Below are positions 27,220 to 37,373 of a stretch of 64,000 nt of DNA, piece after piece. The first letter of the stretch is position 1. Each line of letters starts with the position of its first letter. Both the position numbers and the translations under genes were made by a program. The DNA comes from an uncultured Gammaproteobacteria bacterium (GTDB taxonomy: Bacteria > Patescibacteriota > Patescibacteriia > UBA11705 > JABHMO01). Below the pieces are notes generated by a model. That model saw only the letters and a list, made by a program, of their open reading frames with translations, was not told the DNA's origin and searched no databases. The DNA lies in contig CAZPYM010000005.1 of the NCBI GenBank assembly GCA_964590105.1, positions 19,015-83,014 on the forward strand. Direction: 5' to 3'.

Positions 27220-27812
27220 AGTTTAATGAATTTATTTAGTCGCTGTTTTGTTTTCTTTGCCCCCCTGAACATAAATGATTTTATTCCGAGAAGCTTTGCG
27301 ACTGCAATGTTTTTAGCTGAATCGTCAAAGTACAGACATTCGTTCGGTCTTAATTTGTTTTCTTTCAAAATTAGTTTTATCGCCCTTGGGTCCGGCTTGA
27401 TGAATCCGGTTTTCCATGAATAGTAAATTTTATCAGGCAATGATTTAAGGAAGGGAAAGTTTTTTTTGTAATAATTTGCTCTTTCCGCAAAGTTGTTTGA
27501 AAGGATAAATATTTCAATGCCTCGGCTTTTTATTTCTGTGGCTAATGTTGTCATTTCAAGGACTTGTTTTTCCGCTTTGAACCAATAATCGTAAAATTTA
27601 TGTTTACTTAGATTAACGTTCCATTTTTTTAGATATGGTTTCCAGTGGTAGTAAAGGCTTTTCGCTCCTGGTTTTCGTACTTGGGCCATAATTTTTTTTA
27701 ATGCGGGCATGAATTTTTCATTGGCAACACCAAAGTCCTCGGCAAAACGTTCATTTAGCAGTTTGCTTTGAATAAAGACGCCGTTTAAATCAAATATTAC
27801 AGCCTTGATCAT
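27216..27812 (-). CDS. HAD-superfamily hydrolase
   Basis: N-terminal VIFDLNGV (DxD motif) and a C-terminal YFDDS motif. Confidence 0.7.
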   Translation of the reverse strand: MIKAVIFDLNGVFIQSKLLNERFAEDFGVANEKFMPALKKIMAQVRKPGAKSLYYHWKPYLKKWNVNLSKHKFYDYWFKAEKQVLEMTTLATEIKSRGIEIFILSNNFAERANYYKKNFPFLKSLPDKIYYSWKTGFIKPDPRAIKLILKENKLRPNECLYFDDSAKNIAVAKLLGIKSFMFRGAKKTKQRLNKFIKL

Positions 27813-27947
27813 AGTAGTATTTTTAAGTTAATTCTTTGTTTTATATTACCATAATCTTGATTATATTAAAACATTGTGCTAGAATAATTTTGTTGTTATA
27901 ATAATTTTACAATCTCGGTTTATCGGGGTTGATTCTGGGGCGGTATT

Positions 27948-28000
27948 AAAGTAGCAAACTGGAGTCCCGCCATTGGCGGGATAAATCTGCCGGCTCTAGC
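27948..28000 (+). repeat. Partial tRNA-Tyr-like repeat (D-arm to variable-arm homolog) immediately upstream of the GIY-YIG ORF
   Basis: aaagtagcaaactggagtcccgccattggcgggataaatctgccggctctagc parallels 28378..28430. Confidence 0.4.
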
Positions 28001-28016
28001 GATTGTTGAGGCGACT

Positions 28017-28265
28017 ATGTGTTTTGTCTATATATTGAAAAGTCAATTAAGAAATCGATATTATATTGGCTCTACATCTGATATCGGAAAAAGATTAAAA
28101 GAGCATAATTTGGGATTGGTTCGCTCAACAAAATATTATTGTCCATGGGAATTATTTGTACTTGAAGAGTATGAAACAGTAGAGCAAGCTCGAAAAAGGG
28201 AAAATCAGATTAAAAGTTATAAAGGGGGAGAAGCATTTAAGAGACTTGTGCAAATTAAAAAATAA
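28017..28265 (+). CDS. Small GIY-YIG nuclease-family protein
   Basis: FVYILKS...YYIGSTSDIGKRLKEHN at 82 aa. Confidence 0.75.
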   Translation: MCFVYILKSQLRNRYYIGSTSDIGKRLKEHNLGLVRSTKYYCPWELFVLEEYETVEQARKRENQIKSYKGGEAFKRLVQIKK

Positions 28266-28270
28266 TTTTT

Positions 28271-28356
28271 GGGTCGGTACCAAAGCAGTCAACTGGGGCA
28301 GACTGTAAATCTGCTGGCTTTAGCCTTCGTAGGTGCAAATCCTACCCGGCCCACCA
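28271..28356 (+). tRNA. tRNA-Tyr (anticodon GTA) with long variable arm and encoded CCA
   Basis: Acceptor gggtcgg/ccggccc. Anticodon arm gcaga-ctGTAaa-tctgc is identical to E. coli tRNA-Tyr. T arm gtagg-tgcaaat-cctac, then A-CCA. The D arm is atypical. Confidence 0.6.
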
Positions 28357-28377
28357 AAAAGTAAGGAAATAAAATAT

Positions 28378-28463
28378 CAAAGCAGTCAACTGGGGTCCCG
28401 CCATCGGCGGGATAAATTTGCTGGCTTTAGCCTTCGCAGGTGCAAATCCTGCCCGGCTCACCA
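28378..28463 (+). pseudogene. Degenerate tRNA-Tyr-like copy lacking the 5' acceptor strand and with the anticodon arm replaced by a cccgcc/ggcggg hairpin
   Basis: It shares the D-loop, variable arm, T arm and 3' ccggctcACCA with the tRNA at 28271..28356. Confidence 0.4.
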
Positions 28464-28653
28464 AAATTTAATTTGAAATAGGAAAGTCGCCTGAAGCGGA
28501 CTTTTTTATTGCCAAAATCAATTGTTTGTGATATCATCCTTACATAATAATAAACCACATATCTTTCTTGGCTATTTTTAGCTGAAAATTAGTGTGCCTG
28601 CTCGCCTGGCGAGTTCCACTGATTGGAAAGATAGAGGAAAAAAGGAACAATTT

Positions 28654-29442
28654 ATGTCAAACATTCCGAGTCTAGAAGACTTGATGAAAGCCGGAGTTCA
28701 CTTTGGACATCAAAGATCAAAGTGGTATCCGAAAATGGAGAGATTTATTTTCACGGAAAAAAACAACATCCATGTAATTAATTTAGAAGAAACGCAAAAA
28801 CAGCTGGCAAAAGCTTATGAGTTTATTGCCCAAACTGTTGCCACCGGCGGAACAATTCTTTTCGTGGGTACAAAAAGACAAGCGCAAGAGATTGTCAAAG
28901 ATGCGGCTCTTTCCTGCGGCATGCCCTATGTGGTTTACCGTTGGCTTGGCGGCACTCTGACAAACGCGGCTTCTGTGCTTGGCTTGGTAAAAAAGTATAG
29001 GAAATTAAAAGAAGACAAAGCCACGGGCGCCTTGGCCAAATTCACAAAAAAGGAACAGTTGGATATTGATCGCGAGATCGAGCGGCTGGAAACAATTGTC
29101 GGCGGCATTGAAAAATTGGACAAGATTCCTGACGTCATGTTTATTGTTGACATGAAAAAGGAAAAAACAGCAGTTCAGGAATGCCTTCGCAAGAAGGTTC
29201 CATTTATTGCAATTTGCGATACCAATGTTAATCCGGATTTGACTGATTATCCGATCCCTGGAAATGATGACGCGACCAGCTCAATTAAAATTTTAGTAAC
29301 TTCAATAGCAGCGGCAATCAATGATGCCCGCCAGCAAAACGACAAAGCCGGAGAAGGAAAAACTGTTGGCGAGATCAAAGAAAATGCTGAGGTTCCACAA
29401 CTTCCAAAAAATAAAACTTTTAAGCCAGCGACCAAGGAGTAA
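28654..29442 (+). CDS. rpsB: 30S ribosomal protein S2
   Basis: MKAGVHFGHQRSKWYPKM... is the canonical S2 N-terminus. Confidence 0.9.
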   Translation: MSNIPSLEDLMKAGVHFGHQRSKWYPKMERFIFTEKNNIHVINLEETQKQLAKAYEFIAQTVATGGTILFVGTKRQAQEIVKDAALSCGMPYVVYRWLGGTLTNAASVLGLVKKYRKLKEDKATGALAKFTKKEQLDIDREIERLETIVGGIEKLDKIPDVMFIVDMKKEKTAVQECLRKKVPFIAICDTNVNPDLTDYPIPGNDDATSSIKILVTSIAAAINDARQQNDKAGEGKTVGEIKENAEVPQLPKNKTFKPATKE

Positions 29443-29493
29443 TATTCCCGCCAAAAAGCAGGGGGATTTTCTTGTTGTTCGCAATAAAAATTT

Positions 29494-30081
29494 ATGACAG
29501 ACGTACAAACTATAACAAAACTTCGTAACCAAACCGGCGCCGGCATGGTAGATTGCAAAAAAGCCATTGACGAGTCTGGCGGCGATTACGAAAAGGCAAT
29601 TGAAATTCTCCGGAAAAAGGGGGAGATCAAAGCGGCAAAAAAAATCTCGGAAAGAGAAACCAAGGATGGGATTGTTTACTCTTATATTCATTCAAACAAC
29701 AAAGCCGGCTCGATGCTGGAATTGTTTTGCGAAACTGATTTCGTGGCCAAGACTGAAGACTTTCAGGGACTGGCGCGCGACCTGGCCATGCAGATCGTGG
29801 CGATGTCGGCTGAGTATTTAAAGCCGGAAGATGTTCCGGTAGATATTATTGAAAAAGAAAAAGAAATTTATCGGGAACAGCTACGCTCCGAAGGCAAGCC
29901 GGCGGAAATTATGGAGAAAATAATGCAGGGAAAACTGGACAAATTCTATGAAGACGTTTGTTTAATGAAGCAGGCCTATATCAAAGATGACAAAATTTCC
30001 ATTGAATCTTTGATCAATCAGTTGATCGCCAAAACCGGTGAAAAAATTGAGATTGGCAGATTTGTCAGGTATCAACTTTAG
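29494..30081 (+). CDS. tsf: Elongation factor Ts (short form)
   Basis: ITKLRNQTGAGMVDCKKAI...GDYEKAIEILRKKG. Confidence 0.85.
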   Translation: MTDVQTITKLRNQTGAGMVDCKKAIDESGGDYEKAIEILRKKGEIKAAKKISERETKDGIVYSYIHSNNKAGSMLELFCETDFVAKTEDFQGLARDLAMQIVAMSAEYLKPEDVPVDIIEKEKEIYREQLRSEGKPAEIMEKIMQGKLDKFYEDVCLMKQAYIKDDKISIESLINQLIAKTGEKIEIGRFVRYQL

Positions 30082-30116
30082 AAAAACCCCGCGACCTAAT
30101 TGCGCGGAAAAATATT

Positions 30117-30911
30117 ATGAAAATTGCTGAGATACAATTTAGCCCTTGGGACAAAATATATTATTTTAGCCTGAGCGAAGAACAAATTGCCCAGGGTGAT
30201 TATGTTGTCGTTGAAACTAAATTGGGAACTGAAATGGGGAAAGTTGTTGGTTTTTCAGAATTAACAGAAGATGAAATAGGCAAATTACCAGAGCCGCTCA
30301 AGCCGATTTTGCGCAAAGCCAATAAAGAAGATTTGGAAATAGTTCTGCAGAACAAACGGAAAAAATCCGCGGCATTTAATGATTGCCGCGCGCTGATTAA
30401 AAAATTTGGCTTGCCTATAAAATTGGTTGACGTGCATTTTACTTTTGACGGTTCGAAAATAACTTTTGCTTTTATTGCCGATGGCCGGGTTGATTTCCGC
30501 GAACTATTGAAAGAGCTTATTAAAATTCACAAAAAAAATATTCGGTTGCAACAGCTGGGCATCCGCGACGAAATCAAAGTCAGCGGAGATATCGGATGTT
30601 GCGGACGCAATTTGTGCTGCCAGTCTTTTTACAAAGATCTGGGCAATGTTACTTCAGATTACGCGGATTTGCAGCAGGTGGCTCACCGCGGTTCAGAGCG
30701 GCTTTCCGGCGTTTGTGGCAGATTAAAATGCTGCTTGACTTATGAAAAAGATTTGTATAATGAGCTGGCCGACAATTTGCCGATGATCGGTGACAAAATC
30801 AAAACTCCGCATGGACGCGGAGAGGTAATCGGCTGGCATGTTTTGAAACAAACAGTGGATGTTTTGCTTGATGACAAAGATACGATTGTCGAAGTGCCTA
30901 TTGAAAAATAA
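30117..30911 (+). CDS. PSP1 C-terminal domain protein (RicT/YaaT-like)
   Basis: Cys-rich PSP1 signature GDIGCCGRNLCCQSF...GVCGRLKCCLTYE. Confidence 0.7.
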   Translation: MKIAEIQFSPWDKIYYFSLSEEQIAQGDYVVVETKLGTEMGKVVGFSELTEDEIGKLPEPLKPILRKANKEDLEIVLQNKRKKSAAFNDCRALIKKFGLPIKLVDVHFTFDGSKITFAFIADGRVDFRELLKELIKIHKKNIRLQQLGIRDEIKVSGDIGCCGRNLCCQSFYKDLGNVTSDYADLQQVAHRGSERLSGVCGRLKCCLTYEKDLYNELADNLPMIGDKIKTPHGRGEVIGWHVLKQTVDVLLDDKDTIVEVPIEK

Positions 30912-30979
30912 AAATAGGCATTTTTTTGTTTTGTGGTATAATGTATTGGATAGAATCAACTATTTGAAATTTTATATTT

Positions 30980-32035
30980 ATGAAAAAAGAGCTGGAACAA
31001 TTAAGCCAAAGCGCCAAGCAGGCAATTGAAAACGTTGGCACTTCAAAAGAATTAGAAAAAGTTGAACAGCAATATTTCGGGCGCAAAGATGGGGAACTCA
31101 ATAATATTCTCAAGTCGCTCAAAACTTTGTCGGACAAGGAAAAAAAGATTTTTGGCGAAGCGGCCAATTCCATCAAGCAAGAATTAAGAAATTTGCTGGA
31201 ACAAAAGAAAAATTCTTTGGGCGACAAGCAAGTCAGCGAACAAATTGAACAGGGCGAGCTGGATGTGACTCTGCCCGGTAGAAAAAAAGATTTAGGATCA
31301 TTGAATCCTGTTTCAACTATTCAGTATGAGTTGGAAAATATTTTTCGTTCGCTTGGTTTTATGATTTTGGATGGCCCGGAATTGGAATCAGAATATTATA
31401 ATTTCGAAGCGCTTAATGTTCCGGAACATCATCCGGCCAGAGACATGCAGGATACGTTTTATATCAAGGGCAAGGATCAAGGAGCAAGGAGCAAAGACGA
31501 AGAAAGACTATTGTTGCGAACGCATACTTCGCCGGTTCAGGTGCGTGCCATGCAAAAGTACGGCGCTCCGTTGCGGGCAGTGGTGCCCGGTCGGGTTTTT
31601 CGTTATGAAGCTCTTGATGCGTCTCATGAAAATACTTTTAATCAGCTCGAGGGGTTAATGATTGGCAAAGATATTTCAATTGTCAATTTAATTGCGGTAA
31701 TGAAAACATTGCTAAAAGGAATATTTAAAAAAGATATTAAAGTCAGATTGCGCCCGGGATATTTTCCTTTTGTTGAACCGGGTTTTGAACTGGATATTCA
31801 TTGCCTGATCTGCGATGGTCGCGGCTGCAGCGTCTGCAAAAATTCCGGTTGGGTGGAGCTCCTCCCCTGCGGCATGGTTCATCCGAATGTGCTTCGTGCC
31901 GGTAATATCGATCCGGATGAATTTTCCGGTTTTGCTTTTGGACTTGGTCTTACACGGCTGGTGATGATGCGTTATGGCATTGATGATATTCGACTGATTA
32001 ATTTAGGCGATTTGCGATTTCTAAAACAGTTTTAA
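30980..32035 (+). CDS. pheS: Phenylalanine--tRNA ligase alpha subunit
   Basis: Class II motifs FRYEALDASHENTFNQLEG and GFAFGLGLTRLVMMRYGIDDIR. Confidence 0.9.
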   Translation: MKKELEQLSQSAKQAIENVGTSKELEKVEQQYFGRKDGELNNILKSLKTLSDKEKKIFGEAANSIKQELRNLLEQKKNSLGDKQVSEQIEQGELDVTLPGRKKDLGSLNPVSTIQYELENIFRSLGFMILDGPELESEYYNFEALNVPEHHPARDMQDTFYIKGKDQGARSKDEERLLLRTHTSPVQVRAMQKYGAPLRAVVPGRVFRYEALDASHENTFNQLEGLMIGKDISIVNLIAVMKTLLKGIFKKDIKVRLRPGYFPFVEPGFELDIHCLICDGRGCSVCKNSGWVELLPCGMVHPNVLRAGNIDPDEFSGFAFGLGLTRLVMMRYGIDDIRLINLGDLRFLKQF

Positions 32036-32047
32036 TAATTATTATAT

Positions 32048-34483
32048 ATGAATATTTCACTCAACTGGTTAAAAGAGCATGTCGAGGGGCTGGAAAATAT
32101 TGACCCCGCAGAACTTGGCCTAAAACTGACCATGTCTACGGTAGAGGTTGACAGCATGAAAAATTTGGCCAGCACTCTGGACAAGGTTGTCGTGGGGCAG
32201 ATTGTCAGCCTGCGAAAACATCCCAATGCCGATAAATTAGTATTAGTTGAAATTAATATTGGTGACAGGCGAGTCAACGTTGTTTGCGGTGGCAGCAATC
32301 TCCGGGAAAATATGCTGGTGGCGCTAGCTCTGCCCGGAGCAAAAGTTCGCTGGCATGGTGAGGGCGACTTGGTTACGCTGGCGCCGGCCAAAGTCCGCGG
32401 TGAAGACAGCGAAGGCATGATTTGCGCCAGTTCAGAACTTGGCTTGGCTGGTCTTTATCCTAGTACAAAAGAAAATGAAATAATTGATTTGTCGGATAGC
32501 GGATTTACAATTGGCGATCCGCTGGCCGAAGCAATGGGTTTTGATGATGTTATTTTTGAAATTGATAATAAATCCCTGACCAACCGGCCGGATTTGTGGG
32601 GGCATTATGGTATGGCCAGAGAAGTCGCCGCTTTATATGGATTAAAATTAAAACCTTATCAATTGGCAAAGATTAAACCGGCAAAGCAATTTAATTTAAA
32701 AGTTAAAGTGGAAGATTCCAAACTGTGCCCGCGTTATATGGGCATTGCGCTCCGCGGAATAAAAATCGTTGAATCTCCGGTCTGGCTGAAGAAGCGTTTG
32801 GAATCAATCGGCCAGCGGCCGATCAATAATATTGTTGACATTACAAATTTTGTAATGAATGAGCTTGGCCAGCCCTTGCACGCTTTTAGCGCTGATAAGA
32901 TTAAAGATGATGAAATTATTGTGCGCAGGGCGGGGGATGGCGAGAAAATTATAACGTTGGACGGAGAAAAAAGAGTTTTGGCTGAGGATGACCTGGTAAT
33001 TGCTGACAGCGACAAGGCAATCGCCTTGGCCGGGGTAATGGGGAATTTGAATTCACACATTGATGACAAAACCAATACGGTAATTCTTGAATCGGCGAAT
33101 TTTGACGCCACAACCATCAGAAAAACTTCAAGCCGGCTGGGACTGCGCACCGAGGCGGCCATTAGATTTGAAAAAAGCCTGGACCCGAATTTATGTGAAA
33201 CAGCTCTGAAAAAAGCAGTAGCTCTAATCCTGGAAATAATCCCAACCGCTGAAATTGTCAGCCCGCTGGTTGACGCCAAAGATTTTGAATTATTTCAGGG
33301 GCCGATTGAACTAAACTGGGATTTTGTGAACAAAAAAATTGGTCAGGCGATAGGTCAACAGCAAATAATAAAAATTCTTAGTAATTTGGGTTTTGAAGTA
33401 AGCGAAAAGAAGTCAGGTTTGCTGATTAAAATTCCAAGCTGGCGGGCGACCAAAGATATCAGCATTAAAGAAGATTTGATTGAAGAAATCACTAGAATTT
33501 TTGGTTATGATGAATTAGACCCGATCATGCCGAGCGCAATAGTGGAATATACAGCTGAAAATAGCCTGCGGAGGCTTGAAAGAGACATGAAAAATGTACT
33601 GGCGCTGAGTCTTGGCGCCAATGAAGTGTACAATTATTCTTTTGTTAGCAAAAAATTACTGGAATCTTTTGGCCAGGCGATAAATAATTTGGAGTTGGAA
33701 AATCCCTGGGATCAGGATTTGTGCTATCTGCGCAAAAGCTTAATCCCGAACCTATTGCAAAATGCAGTTGATAATTCCAGGTTTTACAATCAGTTTTCTT
33801 TATTTGAAACAGGAAAAGTTTTTATTAATGATAAGAGCGGCGAGCCGGTAAAGCAGGACGCAAAAGTTAATTTGCCGACACAGGATTTAATGGCCGCCGG
33901 CGTGATTGTATCTGACCGAACAGATAATTTTTTGGATTGCAAAGGAATTATTGAAACATTGTTTAATAAAATGAAGATTGAAGTTGACTACGATGGAGCA
34001 GTTCCGGCCTTTGCCTGGTGTCATCCGAAAGAGTGCCTGACAATATCCATTGGCAAAGAAGTTGTCGGATATGTTTCAGCCATTCATCCGGCTATTGCCA
34101 GAAAATTGGATTTGCGCGGGCAAGCGGCAATATGGGAAATAAACCTGACCAAGCTAGTTGACCATGCTTATCAGATAGAAAAATTTAAAATTTTGCCGAA
34201 ATTTCCGGCGATTGAGCTGGATATTTCAATTACAGTGGAGCAAAATGTTCCCTGGAAAAATATTCAAGGCATTGTTGATTCTGCGGAACCGAAAATTATT
34301 CGGCGGGTGGAGTTGTTGGATGTGTTTAAAAATGATAAAATAAAAGCAGGGAATAAGAGCCTTACCTTTCGAATTACTTACCGCGCCGACGACAGGACAC
34401 TTGAGATGGCGGACGTCAATAAATTGCAGGAAAAAATAATTAATCAATTGAAAAAGGGCGTGGGCGCGGAAATCAGGCAATAG
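32048..34483 (+). CDS. pheT: Phenylalanine--tRNA ligase beta subunit
   Basis: MNISLNWLKEHV N-terminus. It is 811 aa and sits directly after pheS. Confidence 0.9.
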   Translation: MNISLNWLKEHVEGLENIDPAELGLKLTMSTVEVDSMKNLASTLDKVVVGQIVSLRKHPNADKLVLVEINIGDRRVNVVCGGSNLRENMLVALALPGAKVRWHGEGDLVTLAPAKVRGEDSEGMICASSELGLAGLYPSTKENEIIDLSDSGFTIGDPLAEAMGFDDVIFEIDNKSLTNRPDLWGHYGMAREVAALYGLKLKPYQLAKIKPAKQFNLKVKVEDSKLCPRYMGIALRGIKIVESPVWLKKRLESIGQRPINNIVDITNFVMNELGQPLHAFSADKIKDDEIIVRRAGDGEKIITLDGEKRVLAEDDLVIADSDKAIALAGVMGNLNSHIDDKTNTVILESANFDATTIRKTSSRLGLRTEAAIRFEKSLDPNLCETALKKAVALILEIIPTAEIVSPLVDAKDFELFQGPIELNWDFVNKKIGQAIGQQQIIKILSNLGFEVSEKKSGLLIKIPSWRATKDISIKEDLIEEITRIFGYDELDPIMPSAIVEYTAENSLRRLERDMKNVLALSLGANEVYNYSFVSKKLLESFGQAINNLELENPWDQDLCYLRKSLIPNLLQNAVDNSRFYNQFSLFETGKVFINDKSGEPVKQDAKVNLPTQDLMAAGVIVSDRTDNFLDCKGIIETLFNKMKIEVDYDGAVPAFAWCHPKECLTISIGKEVVGYVSAIHPAIARKLDLRGQAAIWEINLTKLVDHAYQIEKFKILPKFPAIELDISITVEQNVPWKNIQGIVDSAEPKIIRRVELLDVFKNDKIKAGNKSLTFRITYRADDRTLEMADVNKLQEKIINQLKKGVGAEIRQ

Positions 34484-34518
34484 TCGCTCAAGTTTCAAAA
34501 ATAAAATAAAAATAAAAT

Positions 34519-34791
34519 ATGCTGGAAACAAGCCAGGATTTATTCTATCTTGTATTGGCTTTTTGTGTTTTGTGGTTTACGGTCTTTGTTTGTTGGATGT
34601 TGTACTATTTTATTAGAATGTTAAAGCAAACAAACCAATTGTTGACAGATATTCGTGAAAAGATTGAAAGGGTTACAAGTGTTTTTTCGTTCATCCGCTC
34701 AAAAATTGTGGAGCAGGGAGTAAAAGGACTGATGAGCTTTGTGTCGGCGGTCACGGGCAAGAGTGCCAGGAAAAATAAAAACAAAAAGTAA
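34519..34791 (+). CDS. Small membrane protein, hypothetical
   Basis: Single N-terminal TM helix. Confidence 0.35.
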   Translation: MLETSQDLFYLVLAFCVLWFTVFVCWMLYYFIRMLKQTNQLLTDIREKIERVTSVFSFIRSKIVEQGVKGLMSFVSAVTGKSARKNKNKK

Positions 34792-34800
34792 TTTGCCAAT

Positions 34801-37326
34801 ATGTTTGATTTTGAAGTAGATACTTCTAGCGTATTTGATTTATTTTCCGACCCTTTAGTTTTAATGGGATTAGGACTTGTAGTTCTAATTTTTTTGTTGG
34901 TTATTGCGATTATAATAATTAGGCATATTGTTTTAGGAAAAAATAAAGTTTCCAAATCATTTGCCCGCAAAATATTACTGGTCACAGTGCCAAAACAAAC
35001 CGAGGAAAAGGCTGACGCGGCCCTGCCTAATTTGCAACAGATACAGGAAAAGATAGGCGTGACAGAATCATTTTTTTCCACTATTGCCGGCCTTCCATCA
35101 GAAAAAGGGATTAAAGCTTGGTTTTCCGGACATAAAGATGTTTTTTCTCTGGAAATTGTGGTGGTGGACGGCAAAATAAATTTTTTCATTGCTGTGCCGG
35201 CTCATCTTCTTGAATATGTTCAGGAGCAAATCAATGCTCAGTTCACTCATGCTTTTATTGAGGAAGTGCCAGATTATAACATGTTTTCACCAAAAGGATT
35301 TATCAAAGGCAGAATGATGCATTTCAAAAGTCCGGATTTTTTACCGATCAAAACATACAAGAAAATGGAAGCTGATCCTTTGAATGCGCTGACCAATGCG
35401 CTTAGTAAAATTGATGAGCATGATGGCGCGGCCATTCAAATCATTATAAAATCAGCGCCGCCGTCATGGAGAGCGCTCGGCGTGAAAGTGGCGTCAAAAA
35501 TGCAGCAAGGTAAAAAATATGAAGACGCGTTAAAAGACGTCAAGGGCGGTCCGTCCAAGTGGATCAGTGATATTTTTAAGACGACAAAAACCAAGAGCCC
35601 GGATCAACAGCAGACCCAGCCGGAACAATATCGTCTGACGCCGCAGGAAGAAGAAATGGTCAAGGGGATTGAAGAAAAAGCCAGCAAAGCAGGCGTTAAT
35701 GCTAATATCAGAATCGTTGTTTCGAGTGAAAATCAAACCAGGCTGGATGGGTATCTAAATAATTTAACCAATGCTTTCAGTCAATACAATATTTATAATT
35801 ACGGAAATTCATTTGAGCCGCTGGACCGGCCGATGAAAAAATTAATTAATGATTTTATTTATCGTAATTACGATGAAGGCCGGAGTTTTGTCCTGAATAC
35901 CGAAGCCCTGGCCAGTATTTATCATTTGCCTATTCCGCGAATTAATGACGCGCCAAATATCCGCTGGCTGGAGGCCAGAAAAGCGCCACCGCCCTCGAAT
36001 ATTCCGAAGGAAGGCGTCCTGCTCGGATACAATCTTTATCGTGGTAAAAGAACAGATATTAGAATGACTCGTGAAGACAGACGACGGCATGTGTATACTC
36101 TTGGTATGACCGGAACCGGTAAATCATGGTTGATCATGGGTATGTGTATGCAGGACATTGCCAATGGCGATGGCTGTTGCTATATTGATCCGCACGGCGA
36201 CGCGATAGACCATATTTTAAAACGGATACCAAAAGAAAGAGCTGAAGATGTTGTTCTTCTTGATCCGGGAGATATTACAAGACCAATCGGTTTGAATTTG
36301 CTTGAATTTAAAACGCAAGAACAAAAAACATTTGCCATAAATGAAATAATGGCTATTTTTGATAAGTTGTATGATTTGAAATCTACCGGCGGACCAATGT
36401 TTGAACAATATTTCAAAAATGCCGCCGCACTAATTATGGCTGATCCAGAGTCAGGTTCTACGTTAATGGAAATTTCTCGCGTCTTGGCGGATGATGATTT
36501 TAGAAAATATAAATTATCAAAGTGCGCAGATCAACTGGTTAAGGATTTTTGGGAAAAAGAAGCGCAAAAAGCCGGCGGCGAAGCTTCGCTCGCCAATATG
36601 GTTCCATATATTACCAGCAAAATGTCACCGTTTATTAGTAATGATTTTGTGCGCCCTATTATTTCACAGCAAAACAGTACTATTGATTTTGCTGAGATAA
36701 TGAATTCACAAAAAATATTATTGGTTAAGTTGGCTAAAGGTAAAATTGGCCAGATTAATTCTGATTTACTGGGTATGATTGTTATAGGCAAACTTTTGAT
36801 GGCTGCGCTCGCTCGAGGCGATATGGCGGAAGAAGAAAGAAAAGATTTCTATCTTTATGTTGATGAATTCCAGAATTATTTGACAGACAGTATGGAAATT
36901 ATTTTGTCAGAAGCCAGAAAATACCGTTTGTGTTTAGGCATTGCTCATCAGTACGTTGGTCAATTAGTTAAAAGTGGAGACACGAAGTTCAAGGACGCAA
37001 TTTTTGGCAACGTGGGCACCAAATGTTCATTCAGAATCGGCGTTGATGATGCGGAAGCTCTGACCAAGGAATTTGCCGGCGTGTTTAATGAAAGCGATTT
37101 TCTTAATTTACCGGCTTATAATTGTTATGTGAAATTATTGATTGATAATGCGAATCCGCCCGGCTTTAATATGGCGTCAAATACTCCGGATCAAATTCCC
37201 GGTTTACCAAAATCTAATCCGCAGTTGGCTGAGGCTATTAAGAAATTATCAAAATTAAAACATGGCAAAGACCCAGAGATTATTGCTATGGAGATTAAGG
37301 AAAGACAAGCGAAGACGTTTAGCTAA
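34801..37326 (+). CDS. Membrane-anchored P-loop ATPase of the TraD/VirD4/TrwB (type IV coupling protein, DUF87-like) type
   Basis: N-terminal TM helix. Walker A GMTGTGKS. Walker B YLYVDEFQNY. Confidence 0.55.
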   Translation: MFDFEVDTSSVFDLFSDPLVLMGLGLVVLIFLLVIAIIIIRHIVLGKNKVSKSFARKILLVTVPKQTEEKADAALPNLQQIQEKIGVTESFFSTIAGLPSEKGIKAWFSGHKDVFSLEIVVVDGKINFFIAVPAHLLEYVQEQINAQFTHAFIEEVPDYNMFSPKGFIKGRMMHFKSPDFLPIKTYKKMEADPLNALTNALSKIDEHDGAAIQIIIKSAPPSWRALGVKVASKMQQGKKYEDALKDVKGGPSKWISDIFKTTKTKSPDQQQTQPEQYRLTPQEEEMVKGIEEKASKAGVNANIRIVVSSENQTRLDGYLNNLTNAFSQYNIYNYGNSFEPLDRPMKKLINDFIYRNYDEGRSFVLNTEALASIYHLPIPRINDAPNIRWLEARKAPPPSNIPKEGVLLGYNLYRGKRTDIRMTREDRRRHVYTLGMTGTGKSWLIMGMCMQDIANGDGCCYIDPHGDAIDHILKRIPKERAEDVVLLDPGDITRPIGLNLLEFKTQEQKTFAINEIMAIFDKLYDLKSTGGPMFEQYFKNAAALIMADPESGSTLMEISRVLADDDFRKYKLSKCADQLVKDFWEKEAQKAGGEASLANMVPYITSKMSPFISNDFVRPIISQQNSTIDFAEIMNSQKILLVKLAKGKIGQINSDLLGMIVIGKLLMAALARGDMAEEERKDFYLYVDEFQNYLTDSMEIILSEARKYRLCLGIAHQYVGQLVKSGDTKFKDAIFGNVGTKCSFRIGVDDAEALTKEFAGVFNESDFLNLPAYNCYVKLLIDNANPPGFNMASNTPDQIPGLPKSNPQLAEAIKKLSKLKHGKDPEIIAMEIKERQAKTFS

Positions 37327-37373
37327 AAAGAAGAAGTGAATATTAAAAAACAAAAATAAAAATAAAAACAAAT

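Noticed and set aside
28378-28463. Considered calling this a second functional tRNA
   Set aside because: It has no 5' acceptor strand. The anticodon-arm substitute has C at the U33 position and an ATC triplet, which is not a plausible anticodon loop. It is better treated as a degenerate tRNA-derived repeat.
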